DNA of 64,000 nt from a virus: the IMG/VR virus record IMGVR_UViG_3300032235_000792; one strand, written 5' to 3'. How positions within the stretch are numbered: position 1 is the first letter of the stretch; every line of letters starts with the position of its first letter. The notes under the pieces were generated by a model. The model did not search any database and was not told the origin of the DNA. It was given only the letters and a program-made list of their open reading frames with translations. Position numbers and translations under genes: made by a program. Positions 18,819-28,214 of this stretch are shown here, one piece after another.

Positions 18819-20753
18819 ATGAAAAACGACAAGGCTAAATCAAATTTCGATAAGCTATCTCTTAAGCAAAGAAAAACATTGTTTTTCAAGAAGTGCGAAA
18901 CAAGAGAAGAACTGTCTAAATTTATTCAAGTATTCTTCGGACTTCACTTACCGGATCAGGTTGTTTCCAGGTATGCTGATGTTAGTCCATTAGACGTTAT
19001 ATGGGAAGTGTACGATATTTGTGTAAATAAGCGTAACCCTAACAATATAGAAGAAATACTATACGTCGCAGGTCGCGGATCTGGTAAGACTCTAGGTATG
19101 GCAATTGCTGAGTTGCTAGTGATGCTTCATGACGGAAGAGACATATGTCACGTTGGTGCTGTTTTAGCTCAGGCTAAGCGATGTTACGAGTATCAGACCA
19201 AGTTCATGCTATCCGGAAAAATACGCCCGATAATAGAGGATAAGAACTTAGCTCAAGAAGATAGGATCCTGCAAAAATTAAACATGGAAAAATCTACTTT
19301 TTTAGTAGATAATCAGACTGTTACCATAGAAGTACTACCGTGTACACTCAAAGCACTTAACGGTCCTCACGTCCCTCTTGTGGTTACAGATGAGATCGAT
19401 ACCGTTTCTGGCGAAGGATTAAAGGCATTCAAAGAAATTAGCGGTATGCTAGACTCTAAGGGTGACAAGAAAGCTTTAAGAGTTGGTATTTCGACTAGAA
19501 AATCACGTTACGGCTTGATGAACAGAATGATGGAAGATGCTGAGTCAGCAGGAAGACACGTTCGTAGATGGACTGCTTGGGAGTTTACAGAGCGCTGCCC
19601 AGATGAAAGATCTGGCACAACGCCAACTGAATCATACCATATTCAAGATAATATGGAGGTTATTGACGAAGCAACCTTTAAAATGAAAGATCCTAAGAAG
19701 CAAAAAGAATACACACAGCACACGATGCCAGGCGAAAAATGCCTAGCCTGTCCTGCTGCTGCTATATGTCTTGGCGACGCGAAAAAACAAGCGTCAAAAT
19801 CATGGATGCTGAAGCCAGTTGGTGAATTGATTAAGAAAGTAAGGTCAGAAGGTACTGATTGGGCTTTAGCTCAGCTAATGAATCTAAAACCGTCTGTTGA
19901 AGGGATTATATACAAAGAATTTGATGAAAAAATACATGTAAAAGACTGGAACTCAATGTGGAGAACCTTAACCGGAACAGACTTTCCAGGTGAATGTTCA
20001 CATGATATATTTGTAAAAAAATGCCATGCCATGCACCTACCTTGCTATGCTGGTGTTGACTGGGGATGGTCTAATCCAAATACAGTCGTTTATTTTTTCA
20101 TAGATAAAAGAGATAATGTTTACGTCGTGAGATCTGATGGGATGACCTACGTCTCTCAGCCAGAGTGGATCCACTATATAAAGACAAAATACAATGCAAT
20201 GTATCGCTGCCAGCTCTACTTTCCAGATATCGCGGATCAAGGTGCTGTAACAGAAATGAAGAAAGCTGGACTACCTGTTTCAGCTGATAATGATAAGTCA
20301 ATTAATACTGGCATACAAGTAATCAAAAGACTGCTTAGAGTTCCTGGTACTAGCGACACCAAGATGCACGTCGCTAAAGAGACCAATGAACCTCTTATAA
20401 TTGAATTTTTAACTTATCACTTTAAGACTTCAGCTGACGGAACAATTACTGAAATGCCAGATACTGAATACGATCACTGGCTAGATGCTCTAAGATACCC
20501 ATTGACAATGCTTTTAGGCAAAGGAACAATGGTCATGGGGCAAATGATAGATGTAGATAAGGCTAATACAATAGATTCGCAAGGCAACTACTACAAGACA
20601 CCTTCACCGGAAGAATTTTGTGTAGTAAATAACTTAAAGATAAACACTGACGAGCCAGATTTAACTAAACTTGGAAAAATAGGTCGCTTAAACGACATAG
20701 ACGATGAAGAAGACCAAAACGGCGGCAGTGGCGGGTTTTTATGGGGTTTTTAG
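18819..20753 (+). CDS. Terminase large subunit
   Basis: AGRGSGKT Walker A, VVTDEID Walker B, ISTR coupling motif, AGVDWG and DHWLDALRY nuclease motifs. Confidence 0.92.
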   Translation: MKNDKAKSNFDKLSLKQRKTLFFKKCETREELSKFIQVFFGLHLPDQVVSRYADVSPLDVIWEVYDICVNKRNPNNIEEILYVAGRGSGKTLGMAIAELLVMLHDGRDICHVGAVLAQAKRCYEYQTKFMLSGKIRPIIEDKNLAQEDRILQKLNMEKSTFLVDNQTVTIEVLPCTLKALNGPHVPLVVTDEIDTVSGEGLKAFKEISGMLDSKGDKKALRVGISTRKSRYGLMNRMMEDAESAGRHVRRWTAWEFTERCPDERSGTTPTESYHIQDNMEVIDEATFKMKDPKKQKEYTQHTMPGEKCLACPAAAICLGDAKKQASKSWMLKPVGELIKKVRSEGTDWALAQLMNLKPSVEGIIYKEFDEKIHVKDWNSMWRTLTGTDFPGECSHDIFVKKCHAMHLPCYAGVDWGWSNPNTVVYFFIDKRDNVYVVRSDGMTYVSQPEWIHYIKTKYNAMYRCQLYFPDIADQGAVTEMKKAGLPVSADNDKSINTGIQVIKRLLRVPGTSDTKMHVAKETNEPLIIEFLTYHFKTSADGTITEMPDTEYDHWLDALRYPLTMLLGKGTMVMGQMIDVDKANTIDSQGNYYKTPSPEEFCVVNNLKINTDEPDLTKLGKIGRLNDIDDEEDQNGGSGGFLWGF

Positions 20754-20780
20754 TATAATGTATCTTACGGAGGAGATATG
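20752..20780 (+). promoter_or_regulatory. AGTATAAT promoter and weak SD/AUG-occluding hairpin of the portal gene
   Basis: TAG stop fused to TATAAT; TGTATCTT/GAGATATG pairing with G-U pairs. Confidence 0.5.
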
Positions 20781-22673
20781 GCTTTTTGGGACACATGGAT
20801 AAGAGACGGAGTTAAGCGAGAACTAGAGGCTTTGAATAAAGGAGACCCGGATGCTGTTCCGGAAAAGCCTGACACTATGCCAGAGGATGACGACCCTGAG
20901 ATTGGTCGTAAGGCGATAGTAGCGGATCCTTTTTTTACACAGCAAAGTCAACAGACAATATTTAGATATCGCTTGTCTAGACTATCAAATAAGACGTTAA
21001 AAGACGTCTCTATGAGAGACTGGCTTGTTTCAGCTATTCTTCAGAACAGAGTAGACACACTTGTTCGCTTTTCTAGACCGCAAGTCCGAAAGTTTGATAT
21101 GGGATATCGGATTGTGAAAAAGAATAAAGAATCTGAGCACACCGAAGAAGAAAATAAAGAGATTGAGAATCTTCAGGAGTTTATATACAACTGCGGAAGA
21201 ATTCAAAATACACCAGACGAAGATCGTATGCTGTTTGGTGATTTTATGAAAATGATAGTTAGAGACGCGCTGACTTTTGGCAACGTAACGGTTGAAAAAG
21301 TTAGAACTAGAAGAGGTGCTTTACATAGATTTAGGCCTGTTCCTGCTGAGAGTGTTTACCATATAAATCCAAATGCTCCGAAGGCTCAAGTAGAAGATCA
21401 TATTAAGTCTGTCAAGAATACTTACACACCTAAGTCTGATAATGATCCTAAAAAGAACTATCAAGTAAATGATTTACCGTTAGATTATTTTAAGTACGTT
21501 CAAGTGTCTTACGATAACAGACCTTTGGCTGTCTTCGGTGATGAAGATCTTATATTTAAGTTGTTTAATCCGCAGAATTTTGCAGATGGTAATGGATATT
21601 GCTATTCGCCAGTTGAAATGGCAATTATAAATATTACTAATCACATGAATACGGAGCACTATAATTCTAACTTTTTTACACATGGTCAGGCTGCTAAAGG
21701 TGTACTTCACCTTAAAGGTACGGTAACTCAGTCACAGATGACTGCGTTTAGGAGACAATTCTACAGTCTTATTAACGGTGCACAAAATGCATGGAGAACT
21801 CCTATTGTTTCTGGTTTAGAAGATGTTCAATGGGTGCCAATGGCAGGTGGCTCAAAAGACATGGAGTATCTTAACTACAACATGCATCTTATGCGCTCAG
21901 TATGTACACAGTTTCAGATTGACCCGATGGAGTTAGGTTTGGATCTTCTAGTTACTGGTGGTCGTGCAGCAAACCTACAAGGACACCAGACAAAGATTGA
22001 ATTCTCCAGAGAGAAAGGCTTGTATCCTTTACTTATGTTCGTTGAAGACTTCGTGAACTCGAGCATAATCCCAGCCATCGACCCAGAGTACTCAAAGAAG
22101 TATAAGTTTCAATTTGAAGGATATACAGATGAGACTCCTCAGACAGAAATTGCATTATTGCAAGCTGAGATGAGCGTAAACAAGACAATGAATGATTTGT
22201 TAAGTTCTGCAAGAAAAGCTCACATCAAACACCCAGTTGCTGATTTGCCAATGAATGCCGCTTTTTGGGGCCTAGTTGAAAAGAATATGACTCGTGGAGA
22301 AATACGAGAACTATTCTTTGGAGACAAAGGGGCTTCAAAAAAGAAAGAACTACAATACATACCGGCTGATCCAGCGTTCTTATCATGGCAGCAGATGCTA
22401 TTGACTATTGAAAATACTAAAAAGCAAGAACAACAACAGCAACAAGCTATGGCGCAACAACAGCAAGCAATGGCACAGCAAGCTCAAGTAGAGCAAGCTC
22501 AGCATAGTCGAGATCAAGAAAAACATGACGCAGAAATGAGTCAAGTAAGAGGTCAAGCCGCGTATAATGCTGTTAAGCATGGACAAAACTTGCATGATGC
22601 CGCTGAGCAAGCTGGTGCAACTAAACCAACAAACATCGGTGGAAAAAATATCAAGAACCCGCTAAACTTATAA
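20778..22673 (+). CDS. Portal protein (SPO1/K-like)
   Basis: Follows TerL; RDALTFG, YSPVEMA, YNSNFFTHG..KGVL, NAWRTPI, DMEY, FQIDPMELG, KGLYPLL; Gln-rich tail. Confidence 0.9.
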   Translation: MAFWDTWIRDGVKRELEALNKGDPDAVPEKPDTMPEDDDPEIGRKAIVADPFFTQQSQQTIFRYRLSRLSNKTLKDVSMRDWLVSAILQNRVDTLVRFSRPQVRKFDMGYRIVKKNKESEHTEEENKEIENLQEFIYNCGRIQNTPDEDRMLFGDFMKMIVRDALTFGNVTVEKVRTRRGALHRFRPVPAESVYHINPNAPKAQVEDHIKSVKNTYTPKSDNDPKKNYQVNDLPLDYFKYVQVSYDNRPLAVFGDEDLIFKLFNPQNFADGNGYCYSPVEMAIINITNHMNTEHYNSNFFTHGQAAKGVLHLKGTVTQSQMTAFRRQFYSLINGAQNAWRTPIVSGLEDVQWVPMAGGSKDMEYLNYNMHLMRSVCTQFQIDPMELGLDLLVTGGRAANLQGHQTKIEFSREKGLYPLLMFVEDFVNSSIIPAIDPEYSKKYKFQFEGYTDETPQTEIALLQAEMSVNKTMNDLLSSARKAHIKHPVADLPMNAAFWGLVEKNMTRGEIRELFFGDKGASKKKELQYIPADPAFLSWQQMLLTIENTKKQEQQQQQAMAQQQQAMAQQAQVEQAQHSRDQEKHDAEMSQVRGQAAYNAVKHGQNLHDAAEQAGATKPTNIGGKNIKNPLNL

Positions 22674-22700
22674 GATAAGTTAGCGCTCATCCCCTCCAAG

Positions 22701-22725
22701 AGGCTCCTTAACCGGAGCCTTTTTT
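22701..22725 (+). terminator. Intrinsic terminator after portal
   Basis: AGGCTCC-TTAACC-GGAGCCT followed by T run. Confidence 0.85.
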
Positions 22726-22730
22726 ATATC

Positions 22731-22738
22731 AGTATAAT
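22731..22738 (+). promoter_or_regulatory. AGTATAAT promoter just after the terminator
   Basis: Motif match in intergenic DNA. Confidence 0.55.
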
Positions 22739-22780
22739 CATTTTGTGATAATTAATGATTACGAAATATTTTATAAATTA

Positions 22781-22909
22781 ATGTTTACTATTGCTAAATT
22801 AGATATAGATAATCATATAGTAAATCATATTCATGACGATGATGGTCCATATTTTGCATTAACAAAAGCTGAAAATTACGTCTTAAAATTTAAAAGAGGG
22901 ATATACTAA
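22781..22909 (+). CDS. Small hypothetical protein (42 aa)
   Basis: MFTIAKLDIDNHIV...RGIY; TAATG coupling to next gene. Confidence 0.4.
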   Translation: MFTIAKLDIDNHIVNHIHDDDGPYFALTKAENYVLKFKRGIY

Positions 22910-23751
22910 TGACTTGGATTATTTTAGAAGGCCTAGATCGTTCTGGTAAATCTACTGTTGCTGAAATGTACAAGAGTGAGGGATTTGAGATAATTCACAT
23001 GAATGCCCCAAATAAGATGTATTTTAAGCAAGGCTATTCGGGTCCCTCGTATCTCGAAGAAATGATAGACCTATATTCAACCTATGCTGGCAAAGACGTA
23101 CTGTTTGATAGATCTGCATACGGCGAACTAATATGGCCAGAAATCTATAATAGACAAGCTCTGTTGACATCAGAAGACTTCGAGTATCTCCAACAATTAG
23201 AGTACAATAACGACACAGTAAAAATATTAATGTACGATGAAAATAAAGATGCACATTGGCAGCGATGTGTAGACAATAAAGAACCTCTTACACGACAACA
23301 GTTTGTACACGCAACAAGGTTATATGAAGAAATGGCTAAAACGCATAATTTCGAGAAAAAACAACTTAAAGACTTTACGAGAAACAACTCGGCAACTAAG
23401 CAAATTGATGCAGGACAACCAGCAGAAAAATCCAATGATAGAGGTGTTAGCATGTCTGGGATTCTACGATCAAGCGATGGAGACGGAAATGAAGATTCCG
23501 AACTTCGCGGTGTGGCACAGTCTGTACTTGACAAGAAACTTGAGAGGGCAAATGCCATCAGAGATCTTTTGTCAGCGCCGATCGTTAAGAAAAAAGGAAG
23601 CGCTTTTCAGCAGCTTGAAAAAGATATTAAGCTCTTCCTAGAACAGCAGCTAGAAAATATATTTAATGAGCCAAAGCAAGACGATTTCACTAATGAAGAG
23701 GTCAAAATACTAAAAATATACGCACAGCGCATAAAGGAAAAGTTAGGTTAA
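22909..23751 (+). CDS. Thymidylate/dNMP kinase-like protein with C-terminal extension
   Basis: ILEGLDRSGKST P-loop, LFDRS motif. Confidence 0.8.
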   Translation: MTWIILEGLDRSGKSTVAEMYKSEGFEIIHMNAPNKMYFKQGYSGPSYLEEMIDLYSTYAGKDVLFDRSAYGELIWPEIYNRQALLTSEDFEYLQQLEYNNDTVKILMYDENKDAHWQRCVDNKEPLTRQQFVHATRLYEEMAKTHNFEKKQLKDFTRNNSATKQIDAGQPAEKSNDRGVSMSGILRSSDGDGNEDSELRGVAQSVLDKKLERANAIRDLLSAPIVKKKGSAFQQLEKDIKLFLEQQLENIFNEPKQDDFTNEEVKILKIYAQRIKEKLG

Positions 23752-23755
23752 TACT

Positions 23756-24100
23756 ATGATAACGTTTAAGGAACGCAAGACGGTTTATTTCGATTGCGAT
23801 GATACACTTTTAGAATGGAAAACATGTAATGAGCATGATGTAGGCGCAATAACAATTGAAAATAACGGACACACGTTTTATAAGAAAGTAATATCGGCAA
23901 ATGTAGAAGCTCTTATAGATCATTCACTGGCTGGTCATCTAGTTGTAGTTTGGTCAGCTGGTGGATCAACTTGGGCAGAAACAATAATTAAAGCTCTGCG
24001 TATTGAACCATACGTAGACGTTATCCTAAATAAGCCAGATTTCTTTTACGATGATAAGGACCCGTCACATTGGCTACCAGAAAGACAATTTAAGGCATAA
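23756..24100 (+). CDS. HAD-superfamily phosphatase-like protein
   Basis: YFDCDDTL motif I, VWSAGG motif II, KPD..YDD motifs III/IV. Confidence 0.75.
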   Translation: MITFKERKTVYFDCDDTLLEWKTCNEHDVGAITIENNGHTFYKKVISANVEALIDHSLAGHLVVVWSAGGSTWAETIIKALRIEPYVDVILNKPDFFYDDKDPSHWLPERQFKA

Positions 24101-24553
24101 ATGAAAGTATCTGATTATCTTAATCTAATAAGACAACTTCAATCAAATCATAAAGATTTGATATTATGCGGATCAGCCGCATTAATACTTGCAGAGGTAC
24201 TACCTGATCGCAATATTGGCGATATAGATTTTGTTACTAATAATAGGGCTATGATTAGTGCACTAAATCTTACTCGAGATGCTTATGCTGATGAAGTTGC
24301 TAATGGTGGATATCTGTCGTACAGTGTAACTAAAATTAGAGAAGGTTTTGGAACATACAAGCTAAATGCACTTATCTTTAATCCGGAAGCCTGCATAGAT
24401 ACAGAGATTATTAAATTGTCCGGCGGAGATATAGTGTGTCAACGTATATCTGACGTAATACAATGGAAGCAGAAGTATAACAGAAAAAAAGATATTATAG
24501 ACCTAGACAATATGTCTTTAAACATGCTTGAGAAAGCAGTATTTGACAAATAA
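24101..24553 (+). CDS. Pol-beta-superfamily nucleotidyltransferase-like protein
   Basis: LCGSAAL...GDIDF, C-terminal K...R.KD..D. Confidence 0.7.
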   Translation: MKVSDYLNLIRQLQSNHKDLILCGSAALILAEVLPDRNIGDIDFVTNNRAMISALNLTRDAYADEVANGGYLSYSVTKIREGFGTYKLNALIFNPEACIDTEIIKLSGGDIVCQRISDVIQWKQKYNRKKDIIDLDNMSLNMLEKAVFDK

Positions 24554-24563
24554 TGGAGGAAAG

Positions 24564-25142
24564 ATGAAAGGAATTAAGCTGGCAAAACAAGATTCTGTAA
24601 AAAACAGGATTAAAGAACTGGAAGTTGCACTGCAAAACACGCAGATGGCACTACAAGTATCACAGATGATGATAAAGCATTTAACAGATCAATTCAAGGC
24701 GACTCAAAATGACGTTGCTAACACGATGGGTATGCTAAATGATTTTCAATATAGAACTTTAGCTATGCTTGAAGTAGGTAACTTTAGTAAAGATGCAATT
24801 GATTCACAAGCTGAAGTCCTTAAGCTAAAAGACTTTAACGATGCTTCTATTAAAGAAGATATCGAGAAAGGTTATCTAGATGATGAGGCTGGCGTTGTGG
24901 CTGAAGATAGTGTTATTGTCATTACTTCGCGCACTCCTGGTCTAGAAGAAGATCAAGGTATTTTTCGTTCCAAGTTTCCAATGGCTGAGTGCCTAACTCC
25001 TGCACTAAGAAATAAGCTTCTAGGGTTAAAGTTAAATGATAAAGTTAGTGTAGAGCTCGGTGGGACAACCCATGAGGTCTCTATTCTTTCTATTAAAAAA
25101 CTTAAAGTAGCAAATGAAAGTGTGACTGAGAAAGAAGGTTAG
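24564..25142 (+). CDS. Coiled coil plus GreA/FKBP-like C-terminal domain protein
   Basis: GGAGGA SD; TPALRNKLLGLKLNDKVSVELGGTTHEVSILSIK resembles the Gre C-terminal domain. Confidence 0.55.
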   Translation: MKGIKLAKQDSVKNRIKELEVALQNTQMALQVSQMMIKHLTDQFKATQNDVANTMGMLNDFQYRTLAMLEVGNFSKDAIDSQAEVLKLKDFNDASIKEDIEKGYLDDEAGVVAEDSVIVITSRTPGLEEDQGIFRSKFPMAECLTPALRNKLLGLKLNDKVSVELGGTTHEVSILSIKKLKVANESVTEKEG

Positions 25143-25143
25143 G

Positions 25144-25695
25144 ATGACGCTGGTCGTCAACATGCTTGGCGGCAGTGGTATAGGTAAATCCACTATTGCC
25201 GCCGGTTTATACTATAATATGAAGTTAAATCACATGAACGTTGAATTAGTTAGAGAGTATGTTAAAGTTCTTGCTTGGCAAGGTGCAAGCATAGGAAGAT
25301 TTGATCAGGTTAATATTTTTGGAGAGCAGTGTAAGTTAGAGCATACTCTTTATGGTAAGGTTGACTACATAGTTACAGATTCGCCTATAATCCTAGCTCC
25401 CATATACGAGTTTTTTTATCATGGTGATTCAATGATGGAAGAAGCTGCTTTAAAGTTCTTAAAGAAATCTAAGGAGATAAACGTTAGGCATCTTAACATA
25501 GTACTAGAAAGAAATAAGTCCTATGATCCTAGAGGAAGATTTCAAACGGAAGAAGAAGCTAAAACTGTAGATGGTATGACGCTAGACTTCTTGAAGAAGT
25601 ATAATATAGATTATTGCGTTGTTTCTGGTTCTGAAGAATCGCGAGTTAAACAGATCATGGAACTTATACAGAATGAACAAGAAGAAAGATCGTAG
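25144..25695 (+). CDS. NadR/AAA_28-like P-loop kinase/ATPase
   Basis: GGSGIGKST, ELVREYVK, IVTDSP, GRFQTEEEA. Confidence 0.8.
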   Translation: MTLVVNMLGGSGIGKSTIAAGLYYNMKLNHMNVELVREYVKVLAWQGASIGRFDQVNIFGEQCKLEHTLYGKVDYIVTDSPIILAPIYEFFYHGDSMMEEAALKFLKKSKEINVRHLNIVLERNKSYDPRGRFQTEEEAKTVDGMTLDFLKKYNIDYCVVSGSEESRVKQIMELIQNEQEERS

Positions 25696-25696
25696 C

Positions 25697-26035
25697 ATGG
25701 ATAGTAGGTGCCCCAGAAAACTGGAGCACCTACCATGCGAATTTTGCCCACTAGCAGTTTTGAGATTAAAGGCACTCAGAAATAGTGACAAAGAACTCTC
25801 TGAAGACGAGGAATCCACTCTTCCAGGATGCTCATGGGCTATAAATCATCAGATGTCAAATTACTGCTTCTTTAACTATGTTGCTGATTATTTGCATGAT
25901 GTACCTTCCGATAAAGAGATAGCTCATATGAATAACGTCTCTGTCGAAACTATAAAAGATGCCACTAAAGATGCTATAGAAGAGATAAAATGTCTAAAAG
26001 TCATAAAAGACCTAGACGACGATGCTGCATTCTAG
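25697..26035 (+). CDS. Cys-rich protein with sigma region 4-like HTH
   Basis: C..CEFC..C..C then SDKEIAHMNNVSVETIKDATKDAIEEIK. Confidence 0.6.
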   Translation: MDSRCPRKLEHLPCEFCPLAVLRLKALRNSDKELSEDEESTLPGCSWAINHQMSNYCFFNYVADYLHDVPSDKEIAHMNNVSVETIKDATKDAIEEIKCLKVIKDLDDDAAF

Positions 26036-26125
26036 TCTTAATATTTTCTGATAAATTTAATACTTAGATACACTCTACCTGTGTAAGTATAAGTAATTTC
26101 TTTGTGTTTTTAAAGCCAAAAACGT

Positions 26126-26133
26126 AGTATAAT
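26126..26133 (+). promoter_or_regulatory. AGTATAAT promoter of prohead protease
   Basis: 17 nt upstream of ATG 26151, SD AGGA. Confidence 0.65.
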
Positions 26134-26150
26134 AGTGTTATAGGAAATTT

Positions 26151-27710
26151 ATGGCTAAAGATAAAAAATTGTGGATAGATATGTGTGCCGGTTCTGAGCT
26201 TAAAGATACTCAGGGCGAAACCCTAAGTGTCGAAGGCGCTGACATATCTGATCTTGAAAATGGAAACGGTAGGCTCAACGATAACCACGGTAAGGGCTTC
26301 TTTAATTCCCTTGGTAGAGTTACCGAAGCTAAAAAAATTTTTAAATCAGAAGATTGCGATAACGAAAGACATAAGTACTTTTGGGAAAAAATAAAGGCAC
26401 CCTTCATATATGCTAAAGGATACCTGTATAGTGATGAGGATCATCCCAATGCCAAAGCTGCGGCTGCAATTTTAAGAAATATTCATAGAGAAGATGCACC
26501 TCTCGCGATGAAGGCCTCTGTTGAAGGTGGTGTTTTAGCTAGAGGAATATCTGACTCTTCTAAACTAGCAAGAACAAAAATTCATTCTGTTGCTCTGACC
26601 TTCACTCCTGCCAATAACGCTACTTTAGTTGAACCACTCAACGTAGATAAGTCTACCTATGATTGGGATAGGGATATGCAGTTAATCAAGTCAGTAATGC
26701 ACCTAGCTGAGACCAATGTTCCTTCTTTTAGACACATACAAAGACACGCATCTGCTAATGCTATATATGACAATATAAAGAAAATACAAGAACTAGCTAA
26801 AGGTCTTGGTATTGATATAGAAGTTAGGGCCCCTTCCCCAGAAACAATAATGGAAAACGCTGTTTTTTCTAAAGTTGAATCTAATATACTAAAAATAAAT
26901 GAATTAGTTAAACAAATTAAGGTTAATCAGCTAGGACTTATATCTACTCCAAGCATGCTAAATCAGTCGCCTAACACACCTAACTCGTTTGCTCACCCTG
27001 AAATGGTAACAAGATGGCATGGAAAGGGTGTTATCCCAGAAGGGCATCCAGATCGTCAACAAATGGTAAGTTATATTAATAACCTTAGAAATACTCCGCA
27101 CCCGCAAGGTCTAAACGCCAATATCGACGAAGCAAGAAGACTATACGATGCTCATATATCTGATCTTAATAAGGCAGAAGGTGCACGAGCTGCAAAAGGT
27201 GTAGCTTTAGCTATTGGATTAGCACATGCGGCACATTACGTAAATAAACCGCCTGTAGAAGTTAAAGAGCATGCTGAGCATGTTCATAGAGAATTAGAAT
27301 CACAGAAAAATAAAAGAGTCAAAGAGCATAATTCTAGAATTTCTAGTGATGAGATGAAATTATCACCTAAAGAATACGGTTTTGATGAAAAAAAACCAGC
27401 TGTTTCAACAACTAGCATTAAAAATAAATTAAAAAAAGCTTTTGAAAAAGAGTTAGATAAAGCACTTACCGCTGGATATGGCGGTGCAGGTATGCCAACT
27501 GATATGGTTGGTGGTGCGGTTATTCAGGCTCAAAGTTTAGAGACAAAGCGTAAAAAAAAAGTAAAAAAAAGTCAAGCTGATCTCAGCAAATCTCTCCAAT
27601 ATATTACATGTGATAATTGTGGCCATGAGCAAGTCCACATGCCTCATCAAGTAAAGTGCAGAGAATGCAAGCACAATTTCAGTTTATACAGACTAAATAA
27701 CTTAAAGTAA
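26151..27710 (+). CDS. Prohead protease with long C-terminal extension and zinc ribbon
   Basis: KDTQGE, LNDNH, ASVEG (catalytic Ser motif), VALTFTPAN; between portal and capsid genes; terminal CDNC/CREC. Confidence 0.88.
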   Translation: MAKDKKLWIDMCAGSELKDTQGETLSVEGADISDLENGNGRLNDNHGKGFFNSLGRVTEAKKIFKSEDCDNERHKYFWEKIKAPFIYAKGYLYSDEDHPNAKAAAAILRNIHREDAPLAMKASVEGGVLARGISDSSKLARTKIHSVALTFTPANNATLVEPLNVDKSTYDWDRDMQLIKSVMHLAETNVPSFRHIQRHASANAIYDNIKKIQELAKGLGIDIEVRAPSPETIMENAVFSKVESNILKINELVKQIKVNQLGLISTPSMLNQSPNTPNSFAHPEMVTRWHGKGVIPEGHPDRQQMVSYINNLRNTPHPQGLNANIDEARRLYDAHISDLNKAEGARAAKGVALAIGLAHAAHYVNKPPVEVKEHAEHVHRELESQKNKRVKEHNSRISSDEMKLSPKEYGFDEKKPAVSTTSIKNKLKKAFEKELDKALTAGYGGAGMPTDMVGGAVIQAQSLETKRKKKVKKSQADLSKSLQYITCDNCGHEQVHMPHQVKCRECKHNFSLYRLNNLK

Positions 27711-27714
27711 TTAA

Positions 27715-27744
27715 AATCAATAACTTAAGTATGTTGAGTATAAT
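27715..27744 (+). promoter_or_regulatory. IHF-consensus site followed by AGTATAAT promoter of the scaffold/capsid operon
   Basis: AATCAATAACTTA (27715-27727) matches WATCAANNNNTTR; AGTATAAT at 27737-27744. Confidence 0.55.
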
Positions 27745-27843
27745 AGCTATTAACTATCAACTATTTACGTTGGTTTAAGCCTAAGTGCATGATACAGTGT
27801 AATCTGTAAGTTTTTATATACGAACTTGTTAAGGAGACAAACA

Positions 27844-28182
27844 ATGGCTAACAGTGTACAAATTTTGGATAAGATCCAGAGAAATTGCCAGCAAAGAGGT
27901 ATCGCGGTTTCTAGACCTAGCGCTGAACTTCTAATTGCTGCTGGAATTGAAATCAGTTTTGAAGCAGCAGAGATTGCTTCTCCAATGGGTGGAATCGATC
28001 CATCAGTATCACCTTTCTTAGGAATTGGCGTTGCTAATCCTGGAAAAATCGTTCTAGATACGGATCCAGCTTCTCTTGAAGAATTCCAAGTTTTGAGAAT
28101 CGCTTGCGGTCACGCAAACACAGTTGTTATTCCAGCTGGTGAATTGCCAGGTCACGCAGATCTTAACGGAATGGGTCAATAA
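27844..28182 (+). CDS. Hypothetical, probable virion head protein
   Basis: AAGGAG SD before ATG 27844; first gene of the capsid operon. Confidence 0.75.
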   Translation: MANSVQILDKIQRNCQQRGIAVSRPSAELLIAAGIEISFEAAEIASPMGGIDPSVSPFLGIGVANPGKIVLDTDPASLEEFQVLRIACGHANTVVIPAGELPGHADLNGMGQ

Positions 28183-28214
28183 TATTAAAGAAGCTAATAA
28201 AAGGAGCTACTACT

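Noticed and set aside
8995-20753. Inteins or introns in DnaE, RecA or TerL
   Set aside because: No C/S...HN splice termini, LAGLIDADG motifs or frame breaks seen; extra length is explained by the exonuclease domain and a Cys-rich insert
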